DNA of 64,000 nucleotides, taken from contig CAZZLQ010000004.1 of the NCBI GenBank assembly GCA_964655245.1, positions 3,456 to 67,455 on the forward strand, read 5' to 3'. The position numbers and the translations under genes were made by a program. How positions within the stretch are numbered: the stretch's first letter is position 1; every line of letters begins with the position of its first letter. This DNA comes from an uncultured Bacteriovoracaceae bacterium (GTDB lineage Bacteria > Bdellovibrionota > UBA2394). The notes beneath the pieces were generated by a model. That model did not search any database, was not told the origin of the DNA, and was given only the letters and a program-made list of their open reading frames with translations. Below, piece after piece: positions 30,510 through 38,806 of the stretch.

Positions 30510-31283
30510 GTGAAAAAACGCGGCTTCACTCTCATTGAACTCATGGTGGTCGTTGTGATTATTGGAATCACGGCCGCTCTTAGTTATATCAAGATCAATA
30601 GCCGGATGATGGTGAGTCGTCTGGAGAACTTTGCTCAGACTCTGGTGAGCGATTTGGATTATGCGCGTTCAACCGCGATGCTCAAGGGCTGTCCGATTCG
30701 CCTTGTTTTCTGCCAGGATCCGAATTGTACTTCGCTGAGTGATGGGCTCGGGAATATTGCGAGTGGAGAAGGTTCTGTGATTGGTCGAACTACTGGTGGC
30801 ACCTTCGCTCCGGCTACTCACTATGCTTTTTTGCGAATGTCTCAGAGCACAACGCTGAGTGGGATGTGCTACAACGCCTCTGCGGTGGCGGCTGCCTCTG
30901 ATCTGTTTGGACTGTGGGATTTTGATCGACGGCCTCAGCCTATTCCGCAGGGAGTTGTTCTGAGAGGAATCTATACAACAACGGGGATCCTCAGCAATGT
31001 TGACTGGAGTGATACAACATCAGCGGATGCATCGGCATCGCTTTGGTTCAACTCAGAGGGGCGAATGACGGTTCCGCTCAATGCCTTTACGACTTCCACA
31101 GGCGCCATGAGTTATCGGGTCGTCTTTCAGGCCAGCCTTGCTACTTGTGATGCAGCAAGTGCAGCAGATGATTGCTTGGGGTTTTTGATTGCAACGCCTC
31201 AAGCGGCTGGACAAGCTCGACTGGTGCGTTGTAGCCCTGGGGGTGCTCGCAATGCAGCGACTCCCTCAGATGTTTGTTTCTAA
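30510..31283 (+). CDS. Type IV pilin-like protein with class III signal; FimT/GspH-like pseudopilin fold is likely
   Basis: GTG start. Prepilin cleavage/methylation motif KRG|FTLIELMVVVVIIGI (Phe+1, Glu+5). At 257 aa it is larger than a typical major pilin. Confidence 0.65.
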   Translation: MKKRGFTLIELMVVVVIIGITAALSYIKINSRMMVSRLENFAQTLVSDLDYARSTAMLKGCPIRLVFCQDPNCTSLSDGLGNIASGEGSVIGRTTGGTFAPATHYAFLRMSQSTTLSGMCYNASAVAAASDLFGLWDFDRRPQPIPQGVVLRGIYTTTGILSNVDWSDTTSADASASLWFNSEGRMTVPLNAFTTSTGAMSYRVVFQASLATCDAASAADDCLGFLIATPQAAGQARLVRCSPGGARNAATPSDVCF

Positions 31284-31313
31284 TGTGTGATGTGCGTGTT
31301 GTAGGAGTTTAAA

Positions 31314-31907
31314 GTGCAAAGAGATCAGAGAAGACAGTTGAAGAGAAGGCATGGCTTTACTCTTGTTGAGGTCTTAGTCGCGATGTTGATTTTAGCCATT
31401 GGCCTACTAGGTTTGGCCGGGATTACGGTGGTAGTACTGCGCAGTAATACCTTGTCTCAGCAAATTTCTCAGGCCACGGCACTCGCTTCTTCTTTGCTTG
31501 AAACCTTGAGATCTCAAAGTAATTTGACGGCGTGCACGAGCACTTATTCTCCCTTTCCCTCTAACTGTAAGATTTTGAGTGAGGCGGGTATCCAAGGAAA
31601 GGGTGAAGCTTTTTGGCCCTCCACTCAGAACCAACTTTGTGCCGTTAGCGGAGTGATGGGTGTTGGGCTCACTGAGTCCTTTGACAATGTCTCAGCCAAC
31701 GGGACGGCCCGCTCTTCGTTTGACGCTTCGGCTGCGATTTGTAGTCTATCTAATCAGGCGACCTTTAACTCGGGGCCTTTCATTCGCTATTATAAGGTGA
31801 GTGCCATTTCGGGGAGCACAGATCTGCGATTGGTCGCTGTTGTTTTGTTTCGAGACAAGTTTGGAAAGTGGCGTGCTGTGTCACTCGATACCCGACAAAC
31901 ACCCTAG
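31314..31907 (+). CDS. Type IV minor pilin, PilV-like
   Basis: Prepilin motif HG|FTLVEVLVAMLILAIGLLG, followed by a PilV-like segment (SQQISQATALASSLLETL). Confidence 0.6.
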   Translation: MQRDQRRQLKRRHGFTLVEVLVAMLILAIGLLGLAGITVVVLRSNTLSQQISQATALASSLLETLRSQSNLTACTSTYSPFPSNCKILSEAGIQGKGEAFWPSTQNQLCAVSGVMGVGLTESFDNVSANGTARSSFDASAAICSLSNQATFNSGPFIRYYKVSAISGSTDLRLVAVVLFRDKFGKWRAVSLDTRQTP

Positions 31908-32054
31908 ATTTGTTGGTTCTTTAACGCAGATCATCAACTCAGTGCATTTGGTGCATAGCACCTAAGTCTTTGAATTTACTAGAATATTTGCTCTTCAATT
32001 CTCCGTGCGATAGGATGATAGAGGCGAGTTTTCAATCGTCGGAGAGTTTTAGAC

Positions 32055-33128
32055 ATGGCTAGAGGAATAGTTGGTTTAGATATTGGAAGTCATTCGATCA
32101 AGGTGATGGAGCTCAAGGAAGCGCGTGGTGGCGTTTGGAAGCTTCAGAAGTTTGGTCTTCATAAATTGCCAGCGGAAGCGATTGTGGACGGAGCCATCAT
32201 GAACTCTGCCGCCGTTGTCGAAGGAATTCGAGATCTCATCGCTCGCCATAAGATAAAGGCTCGAGAAGTGGCCACTGCCGTCTCTGGGCACTCGGTCATC
32301 ATCAAAAAGATTACTTTACCTCTCATGACGGATGATGAGCTTGCCGAAAGCATTCAATGGGAAGCTGAGCAATACATCCCCTTCTCGGTAAATGATGTGA
32401 ATTTGGATACTCAGATTATCTCCCGCAGCGAAGAAACGGGTCAGATGGAGGTCCTGCTTGTCGCGGCCAAGAAAGACATGATTCAGGAGTATACCTCAGT
32501 CATCAGCGAGGCTGGGCTGAAGCCACTGATTGTGGATGTTGCCTGCTTTGCGATTGAAAACTCATTCGAAGTGAACGATGAAGGGTTGGCCTCGGAAGTG
32601 GTTGCTCTCGTTAACATCGGGGCAAGTCTTGTCACGATCAACATCTTGAACAATGGGATGACCGCCTTTACTCGAGATATCAATATGGGTGGGAATCAGT
32701 TCACTGAAGAGATCCAAAAGCAACTGAATGTAAGCTACGACGAAGCTGAGGCCCTTAAGCTGGGTGGCAATGTCAGCACTTCTCAATCGACCACGGAAGC
32801 TGTCGTTCCTCAGGAAGTGGGAGCGATTTTGAGAAGTACTGCTGAGGCTTTGGCAGTCGAGATTCAAAGAAGTATTGATTTCTATCTAGCAACATCTGCT
32901 GGATTGACTTTGAGCAAAGTGGTTTTGAGTGGAGGAACCGCGAAAGTCTCCTCACTCAAGGATGCTCTTGAGACGACTCTCAACACCAAAGTAGAGCTCG
33001 CCGATCCATTTCGAAAGATGACCTTCAATCCGAAGGAGTTTGATCCAGACTATCTACGAGATTTAGGTCCAATTAGCTCGGTGGTGGCTGGGCTGGCGAT
33101 GCGTCGATTGGGGGATAAGCCCGTATGA
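32055..33128 (+). CDS. pilM: Type IV pilus assembly protein PilM (actin-like ATPase fold)
   Basis: N-terminus IVGLDIGSHSIKVMEL. First gene of a canonical pilMNOPQ operon. Confidence 0.9.
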   Translation: MARGIVGLDIGSHSIKVMELKEARGGVWKLQKFGLHKLPAEAIVDGAIMNSAAVVEGIRDLIARHKIKAREVATAVSGHSVIIKKITLPLMTDDELAESIQWEAEQYIPFSVNDVNLDTQIISRSEETGQMEVLLVAAKKDMIQEYTSVISEAGLKPLIVDVACFAIENSFEVNDEGLASEVVALVNIGASLVTINILNNGMTAFTRDINMGGNQFTEEIQKQLNVSYDEAEALKLGGNVSTSQSTTEAVVPQEVGAILRSTAEALAVEIQRSIDFYLATSAGLTLSKVVLSGGTAKVSSLKDALETTLNTKVELADPFRKMTFNPKEFDPDYLRDLGPISSVVAGLAMRRLGDKPV

Positions 33129-33670
33129 TTCGTATCAACCTTGTCGTTGTCCCCAAGCTTCGAAAGCAAGAGACATTAGTCTATCAAGCTGCCGCAGGCT
33201 TTTTCATTTTGGTCATGGTTTTTGCTGGATGTTACTTCTGGGGTCTCACCAAGGCCGATCAAAAGGTTGCGCTTCAGCAGCGAAATGAAGCGAAGAAGCA
33301 GGAAATTCGTCAGCTCGAAGCCAGTGTTGGTGAGGTTGAAAAGTTTAAGCAGCAGGCGCGAACTCTGGAAGAACAGTTGACTGTGATCCGCTCTCTGGAA
33401 AAGGGGCGATCCGGTCCCATCAAAATGATGGATGAATTGACTGAGATCGTACCACGTCGACTCTGGATAACGGCGTTTCGCGAGGCTGGCAAACGAGTGA
33501 CTCTTGATGGGCTTGCCGAAAGTGGAATGGTGATTGCTGACTTTTTAGACAATCTCAAGGCTTCACGGTTTTTTCAAAATCCAAGCTTGGTGGTTGTGAA
33601 TGCTGCTGAACAAGATGGGGTTTCATTGCAGAGATTTTCGATCACGTTGAATGTGAAGTACGATTTGTAG
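33125..33670 (+). CDS. pilN: Type IV pilus assembly protein PilN
   Basis: Single N-terminal TM plus coiled coil, at its position in the operon. Confidence 0.8.
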   Translation: MIRINLVVVPKLRKQETLVYQAAAGFFILVMVFAGCYFWGLTKADQKVALQQRNEAKKQEIRQLEASVGEVEKFKQQARTLEEQLTVIRSLEKGRSGPIKMMDELTEIVPRRLWITAFREAGKRVTLDGLAESGMVIADFLDNLKASRFFQNPSLVVVNAAEQDGVSLQRFSITLNVKYDL

Positions 33671-33676
33671 CGATTA

Positions 33677-33693
33677 TTTTTTTTGGGGGGGGG
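33677..33693. repeat. Homopolymeric T8-G9 tract in the pilN-pilO junction, ending 1 nt before the pilO ATG
   Basis: Read directly: tag cgatta tttttttt ggggggggg a atg. Confidence 0.9.
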
Positions 33694-33694
33694 A

Positions 33695-34267
33695 ATGGCC
33701 AAGATCTTAGACAAATTGAACAAGGTCCCAGTTTGGCAAAAGCTGCTTGTGCTCGTGGTCTTGGCTGTTGGCGTTGTCGCCTTTTTTCATTTCACCCAGT
33801 GGACTGTTATTGATCGAGAACTCGCTACGCTTGATTCTGAGTTTGATAACTTGGAGAGAAAATATCGAGAGCAGAAGGCCATTGCCGAAGACCTGGCTGC
33901 TTTTAAGCAAAACATTCGAAAGCTAGAAGAGGATTTGAGGGTGGCTCTCACTCAGTTGCCCAGAGATAAAGAAATCCCTTCTCTGCTTCGAGACGTTTAC
34001 TCTTTAGGAAAAAAATCAGGAATCGAGTTTAAAACATTCAGTCCATCCGCTGAAGTGCCCAAAAAGTTGTATGCTGAAGTGCCTATCAAGCTGACTTTGG
34101 CTGGAACTTATCATGAGATTGCTGTCTTCTTTGATCGAGTCGGAAAACTCTCTCGAATCGTGAACATTTCTGATATCGATCTGAGTCCAATCCAGGCCAA
34201 GGACGGGCTTGCTAATCTGACAGTAAACTGTACCGCGACAACCTTTACTTTTTTGGGGGGCAAATAG
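33695..34267 (+). CDS. pilO: Type IV pilus assembly protein PilO
   Basis: TM, then coiled coil, then a ferredoxin-like domain. I prefer the ATG at 33695. The track start (TTG at 33683) lies inside a G9 tract. Confidence 0.75.
   Translation: MAKILDKLNKVPVWQKLLVLVVLAVGVVAFFHFTQWTVIDRELATLDSEFDNLERKYREQKAIAEDLAAFKQNIRKLEEDLRVALTQLPRDKEIPSLLRDVYSLGKKSGIEFKTFSPSAEVPKKLYAEVPIKLTLAGTYHEIAVFFDRVGKLSRIVNISDIDLSPIQAKDGLANLTVNCTATTFTFLGGK
34249..34260. repeat. T6-G6 homopolymer tract inside the last codons of pilO (…FTFLGGK*), 7 nt before the pilP GTG
   Basis: Read directly: acttttttggggggcaaatag gtg. Confidence 0.9.
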
Positions 34268-34756
34268 GTGTTGGCTTCTCTCTTTTTTCTTTTGACGATG
34301 GCGCCTCAACAAGAATCGCCTAGGGATCCTGCCCTTGAGTCTGAGGCGGCACCCTCTGCCGCGGGAGAGTCTGCGTCAGCTGAAGCAGAAGTGTCCGTCT
34401 ATACTTACAATCCGTTTGGGAAACGGGATCCTTTCAAATCCTATATTTCTGAAAAGGCAGTGACTGCCGTTGATTCCTCGAATCCACTTTTGGCGTGGGA
34501 TCTTTCCCGGTTTACTCTCACGGGGGTCATCTGGGGGATTGCGAATCCCAAGGCCATTGTTCGTGATGGAGGTGGTCGAGGCCACGTGATTAGTCGAGGT
34601 ACTCGGATTGGAAGAAATAAGGGACAAGTGATTCGTATTCTGAAGGCAGAAGTCGTTGTTCAAGAAGAGTTTCGAGACCCATTAGGTAAATTGATTGTTA
34701 GTGAGTTTGCATTGAAGCTGGCTCGCGATGATCAGAAAAATGAAGAGCGCAAATAG
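34268..34756 (+). CDS. pilP: Type IV pilus assembly protein PilP
   Basis: Low-complexity N-terminus, then a PilP beta-domain (RDPF...FTLTGVIWG). At its position in the operon. Confidence 0.6.
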   Translation: MLASLFFLLTMAPQQESPRDPALESEAAPSAAGESASAEAEVSVYTYNPFGKRDPFKSYISEKAVTAVDSSNPLLAWDLSRFTLTGVIWGIANPKAIVRDGGGRGHVISRGTRIGRNKGQVIRILKAEVVVQEEFRDPLGKLIVSEFALKLARDDQKNEERK

Positions 34757-34758
34757 GA

Positions 34759-36852
34759 GTGATCATGTCAACTCGAATGATATTCAGTGTGATTTTTGTT
34801 ATGGGACTTTTCTCGGCTTGTTCAAAGAAACAAGCGACTGTCAAAGTCGATGAATCCTCTTCTAGTGTCCTGATGGTCTCGGCTGTCACGCTTGATGTGA
34901 GTCAGGGCCAAGAAACGGTCAAGATCGCTTCAAGTGGCGAGCCCAAATATAATGTGTTCAAGCTTTCCGATCCTGAGCGAGTGGTTGTGGACCTGATTGA
35001 TGCTGAGCTAGCAGCGGATGTTGAAAAGAGCATTGCTGGAAAAGGCGGGGTCAAAGAGCTCAAGGTCGAGTCGATGAAAGATTCCCTTTCCTCTCTTGTT
35101 CGCGTGGAGATTTATCTTTCGCCGGGCATGAGTTATCTCGCTTCCGTTGATGGCTCGCAGCTGAATCTCGCATTGACAGGTGCAAGTGTTGCTGAGGCAG
35201 CTCCTTCTCCTGTTGAGCCTTCATCCGCTTCTGAGGCGATTCCAGCTGTACCCGCTCCTGCTCCTGCTGCTGAGGTTCCTGCCGTTGAAGTGCCCGTTCC
35301 CGTTCCAGCACCGATGGTCGAAGTGCCTGCTCCCGAGATGAAGGCAGAGCAAGCTCCCGCTGAATTGGCGCCTGTTCCTCTTCCCACACCAGTGGCCGAG
35401 TCAGCTCCCACTGAGGAGCCTGCGGCGGATAGCACAAAGGCTCAGGACTTTCCTGCTCCGCGACGAGTAGAGGATGGAAAAATCAAGCCTGCTGTCGTGA
35501 GCCAAGAAATTCCGACGACCAATTTGACTGATGGAACTTCCATTCTGACTGAGTTGGATACAAAGGTTTACACTGGTCGACGAGTTTCTCTTGAGTTCCA
35601 AAATGCCGATGTCCAAGACATCATTCGACTGATCGCAGATGTTTCTAAGTTGAATATCATCACCAGTGATGCCGTGAAGGGATCGCTCACATTGAAATTG
35701 ATCGACGTGCCTTGGGATCAAGCTCTCGATATTATCCTCACCACTTTGGGATTGGATAAGGTTCAGCATGGCAACATCATTCGAGTGGCCCCGGCGGAAG
35801 CGCTCAAGAAAGAACGTGAAACGGCCCTGGCCAATGACAAAGCGGCTAAGCAGCTTGAGCCTCTGAAGCTTAAACTCATCAATATTAACTATGCAACGGG
35901 ATCAGAGCTTCAAGCTCGGATCAAGAATCTCCTTTCAGAGAGAGGAACCGTGGATGTTGATGATCGGACCAATACTTTGATTGTTAAAGATATCAAAGAG
36001 AATCTGACCCGGATCGAAAGCTTGATCAAAGTCTTAGATACTCAGACTCCACAGGTGCGGATCGAGAGTCGAATTGTTCAAGCCAACGACAACTTTGCTC
36101 GTAACTTTGGTATTCAGTGGGGACCCACTCTCAATTTGAACGACGAAAATGGGAAGTCGAGAGACTTTCAGTTTCCTCGCGAGATTACAGGAGCGGGAGT
36201 TCCCTCAGGTGACGCTGGGACGACGCTCTCAGGTTGGGCTGTTGATGCAGCAACCAGTTCCAAGGGTTCGCAACTCGGATTTAGAATTGGATCGGTCAGT
36301 GATATTTTTGATCTCGATCTTCGCTTGAGTTATGCTGAGATTGAGTCGGTCGGACGGGTCATCTCGCGACCGAACATCACTGTTCTTGATAACCGAACAG
36401 CTCGAATCATTCAGGGAACAAAGATTCCATTCTTGAGCTCCAGTTCCTCTGGGGCAAACGTGTCGTTCCAGGAAGCTGGTATTGAGATTCAAGTCACTCC
36501 GCACATCACCAATGACGGATCTGTCTTGATGAAGATCAATACGAGAAGCAACGAGCCTCAGTCCGGGGACGTTGGCGGTAACCGAATCATAAGTATTCGA
36601 GAAGCCACCACCGAGATGTTAGTCAAGAGCGCACGAACCGCAGTGCTCGGGGGAGTGTTCAAAACTGTTGAGACCAACTCCGAGACGGGAGTTCCCTTCA
36701 TGAAGGATCTTCCAGTGGTAGGATGGCTTTTCAAGGGTCGAGATCAGCAAAGAAACCGTGAAGAGCTCCTGATCTTCATTACTCCTTATATTCTGTCGGA
36801 TAACAGATCCGCTGCGACAGCTCCGGCTGGCGAAACGACCTTTGCCGAGTAA
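34759..36852 (+). CDS. pilQ: Type IV pilus secretin PilQ
   Basis: It has an AMIN domain, a Pro/Ala-rich linker, N0/N1 domains and a C-terminal secretin domain (VPFMKDLPVVGWLFKG). Confidence 0.9.
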   Translation: MIMSTRMIFSVIFVMGLFSACSKKQATVKVDESSSSVLMVSAVTLDVSQGQETVKIASSGEPKYNVFKLSDPERVVVDLIDAELAADVEKSIAGKGGVKELKVESMKDSLSSLVRVEIYLSPGMSYLASVDGSQLNLALTGASVAEAAPSPVEPSSASEAIPAVPAPAPAAEVPAVEVPVPVPAPMVEVPAPEMKAEQAPAELAPVPLPTPVAESAPTEEPAADSTKAQDFPAPRRVEDGKIKPAVVSQEIPTTNLTDGTSILTELDTKVYTGRRVSLEFQNADVQDIIRLIADVSKLNIITSDAVKGSLTLKLIDVPWDQALDIILTTLGLDKVQHGNIIRVAPAEALKKERETALANDKAAKQLEPLKLKLININYATGSELQARIKNLLSERGTVDVDDRTNTLIVKDIKENLTRIESLIKVLDTQTPQVRIESRIVQANDNFARNFGIQWGPTLNLNDENGKSRDFQFPREITGAGVPSGDAGTTLSGWAVDAATSSKGSQLGFRIGSVSDIFDLDLRLSYAEIESVGRVISRPNITVLDNRTARIIQGTKIPFLSSSSSGANVSFQEAGIEIQVTPHITNDGSVLMKINTRSNEPQSGDVGGNRIISIREATTEMLVKSARTAVLGGVFKTVETNSETGVPFMKDLPVVGWLFKGRDQQRNREELLIFITPYILSDNRSAATAPAGETTFAE

Positions 36853-36876
36853 GATCTGCTGATTTTAGTCGACAAT

Positions 36877-36897
36877 TCGCTCGTTTAGCGGTTTTTT
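36877..36897 (+). terminator. Weak terminator-like element after pilQ (short stem cgct-cgttt-agcg followed by T6)
   Basis: aattcgctcgtttagcggttttttgtt. The stem is only 4-5 bp, so this is a low-confidence call. Confidence 0.25.
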
Positions 36898-36906
36898 GTT
36901 GTTCAG

Positions 36907-37437
36907 ATGGGAAACGACAAAAAGACGACGACCTTTCGTTCACGGTCTTCGCCCTCGGTCGCTGAGGGGGAGGCAAACTCAAAATTAGATGTTCCTGAAG
37001 CCGCCATTCGTCGGCTGGCAGACCTCTTAAGAACAACGGATCTTGCGGAGATTGAGATCGCAACAGGAGCTTTGAGTGTTCGGGTTCGAGCGAAAGAGGG
37101 TCCTGCTGTTTACTCAGTGGCGACAGCTCCCGCAGTTTCGGTGACCTCTCCGTCTGCCGCTTCCAACGCTCGGTCCTCTGAGCCAGCGGCACATCCTGAT
37201 TTACACATTATTCGCTCTCCCTTTATTGGAACATTTTATAGAGCTCCATCTCCCACTTCACCTGCCTTTGTTGAGCAGGGGCAGAGTGTGGCCAAGGGAC
37301 AAAGCTTGGGCATTGTGGAAGCGATGAAGTTGATGAATGAGATTGAGTCTGATGCTGCGGGCGTGATTGAAAAGATCTTCGTCGAAAATGGAACTCCCGT
37401 TGAGTTCAACACTCCTTTGTTCGGGATTCGAAAGTAA
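36907..37437 (+). CDS. accB: Acetyl-CoA carboxylase biotin carboxyl carrier protein
   Basis: Biotinyl domain with the EAMKLMNEIE motif (the biotinylated Lys). Confidence 0.85.
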   Translation: MGNDKKTTTFRSRSSPSVAEGEANSKLDVPEAAIRRLADLLRTTDLAEIEIATGALSVRVRAKEGPAVYSVATAPAVSVTSPSAASNARSSEPAAHPDLHIIRSPFIGTFYRAPSPTSPAFVEQGQSVAKGQSLGIVEAMKLMNEIESDAAGVIEKIFVENGTPVEFNTPLFGIRK

Positions 37438-37438
37438 A

Positions 37439-38800
37439 ATGAAGTTCAAGAAGGTTCTCATTGCGAATCGTGGTGAGATTGCGTTGCGAATCAATCGGGC
37501 ATGTCATGAGTTGGGTCTGAAGACCGTTGCTGTTCATTCGACAGCGGATGCTGAGTCGTTGCATGTGAAGTTTGCGGATGAGAGCGTTTGTATCGGTCCT
37601 CCGGCGCCTAAAGAGAGTTATCTCAATATGCACGCTTTGCTCTCCGCCGCCGAGGTGACCGGAGCTGATGCGATTCATCCCGGATACGGATTTCTTTCTG
37701 AGAATTCAGAGTTTGCTCGAGCCTGCGAGAGGATGGGGCTCGTATTTATTGGACCACCCGCTGATGCTATCGAGGCTATGGGGAATAAGGTTCGTGCGAA
37801 GGAAACCGTTGCCAAGGCGGGAGTGCCGTTGCTGCCTAGCTTGAAAGTGGTGGATGCGAAGGGGCAACCACTTTCTGAAAAGGCCATCAAAGAAGCTGCT
37901 GAGGAAATCGGTTATCCCATTTTGATCAAAGCAGCGATGGGTGGTGGTGGTCGTGGAATGAAGATCGTCAAGGACTCTTCCGAGTTGCTACGATTGCTTG
38001 ATATTGCCCGATCAGAGAGTCGTTCAGCCTTTGGTTCCGATGAAGTCTATCTCGAAAAGTTTTGTGTTGAGCCGCGACATATTGAGTTCCAGATTCTTGC
38101 TGATCAGTTTGGTCACGCAATTCACTTGGGCGAACGGGATTGCTCGCTCCAGAGGCGACACCAGAAAATCGTCGAAGAAACACCAAGCCCAGCACTTGAT
38201 GAGAAACTCCGAAGTCTCATGGGGGAGTGTGCTGTGGCGGCTGCCAAGGCGGTCAATTACTCAACAGTCGGTACGATCGAGTTTCTCTTGGATAGAGACA
38301 AAAAGTTTTACTTTCTGGAGATGAATACTCGGATTCAGGTTGAGCATCCGATTACTGAGATGGTTACTGGGGTAGATTTGGTGCGTGAGCAGATTCGAAT
38401 GGCTCAGGGAGAGAAGCTTAAGCTGAAGCAGTCGGATGTCAAAATGACGGGGCATTCCATTGAGTGCCGTATCACTGCGGAGGATCCTGCTAACTTCAAT
38501 CCATCACCGGGCCGTATTCATTTGTTTCATCCCCCGATGGGTTTTGGTGTTCGCTTGGAATCTATCGCTTGTTCCGAATATAACGTATCGCCCTACTATG
38601 ACTCGATGCTCGCAAAACTGATTGTGCATGATACCGATCGCGAGATGGCCATGCGAAAAATGGAAGGTGCCCTGAAGGAGTTTGTGATCAAGGGCGTCAA
38701 AACCATCGTTCCCTTGCATTTGAGAGTTTTAGAGGACCCCGATTTTCGGCGTGGCCACTATGACACATCTTTCTTGCAAAGATTTCAGGCCGGCCACTAA
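37439..38800 (+). CDS. accC: Acetyl-CoA carboxylase biotin carboxylase subunit
   Basis: The canonical N-terminus MKFKKVLIANRGEIALRI begins at the internal Met. The track ORF, TTG 37367, is an upstream extension that overlaps accB. ATP-grasp motifs are present. Confidence 0.95.
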   Translation: MKFKKVLIANRGEIALRINRACHELGLKTVAVHSTADAESLHVKFADESVCIGPPAPKESYLNMHALLSAAEVTGADAIHPGYGFLSENSEFARACERMGLVFIGPPADAIEAMGNKVRAKETVAKAGVPLLPSLKVVDAKGQPLSEKAIKEAAEEIGYPILIKAAMGGGGRGMKIVKDSSELLRLLDIARSESRSAFGSDEVYLEKFCVEPRHIEFQILADQFGHAIHLGERDCSLQRRHQKIVEETPSPALDEKLRSLMGECAVAAAKAVNYSTVGTIEFLLDRDKKFYFLEMNTRIQVEHPITEMVTGVDLVREQIRMAQGEKLKLKQSDVKMTGHSIECRITAEDPANFNPSPGRIHLFHPPMGFGVRLESIACSEYNVSPYYDSMLAKLIVHDTDREMAMRKMEGALKEFVIKGVKTIVPLHLRVLEDPDFRRGHYDTSFLQRFQAGH

Positions 38801-38806
38801 ACCTTC

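Noticed and set aside
35060-35437. Antisense ORFs (125 aa and 100 aa) inside pilQ
   Set aside because: They lie opposite the Pro/Ala-rich linker of PilQ. GC-rich codon repeats there generate open antisense frames, with low-complexity translations.
37367-37438. Upstream TTG-initiated 24-codon extension of accC that overlaps accB
   Set aside because: The conserved AccC N-terminus MKFKKVLIANRGEIA starts at the ATG at 37439, directly after the accB stop.
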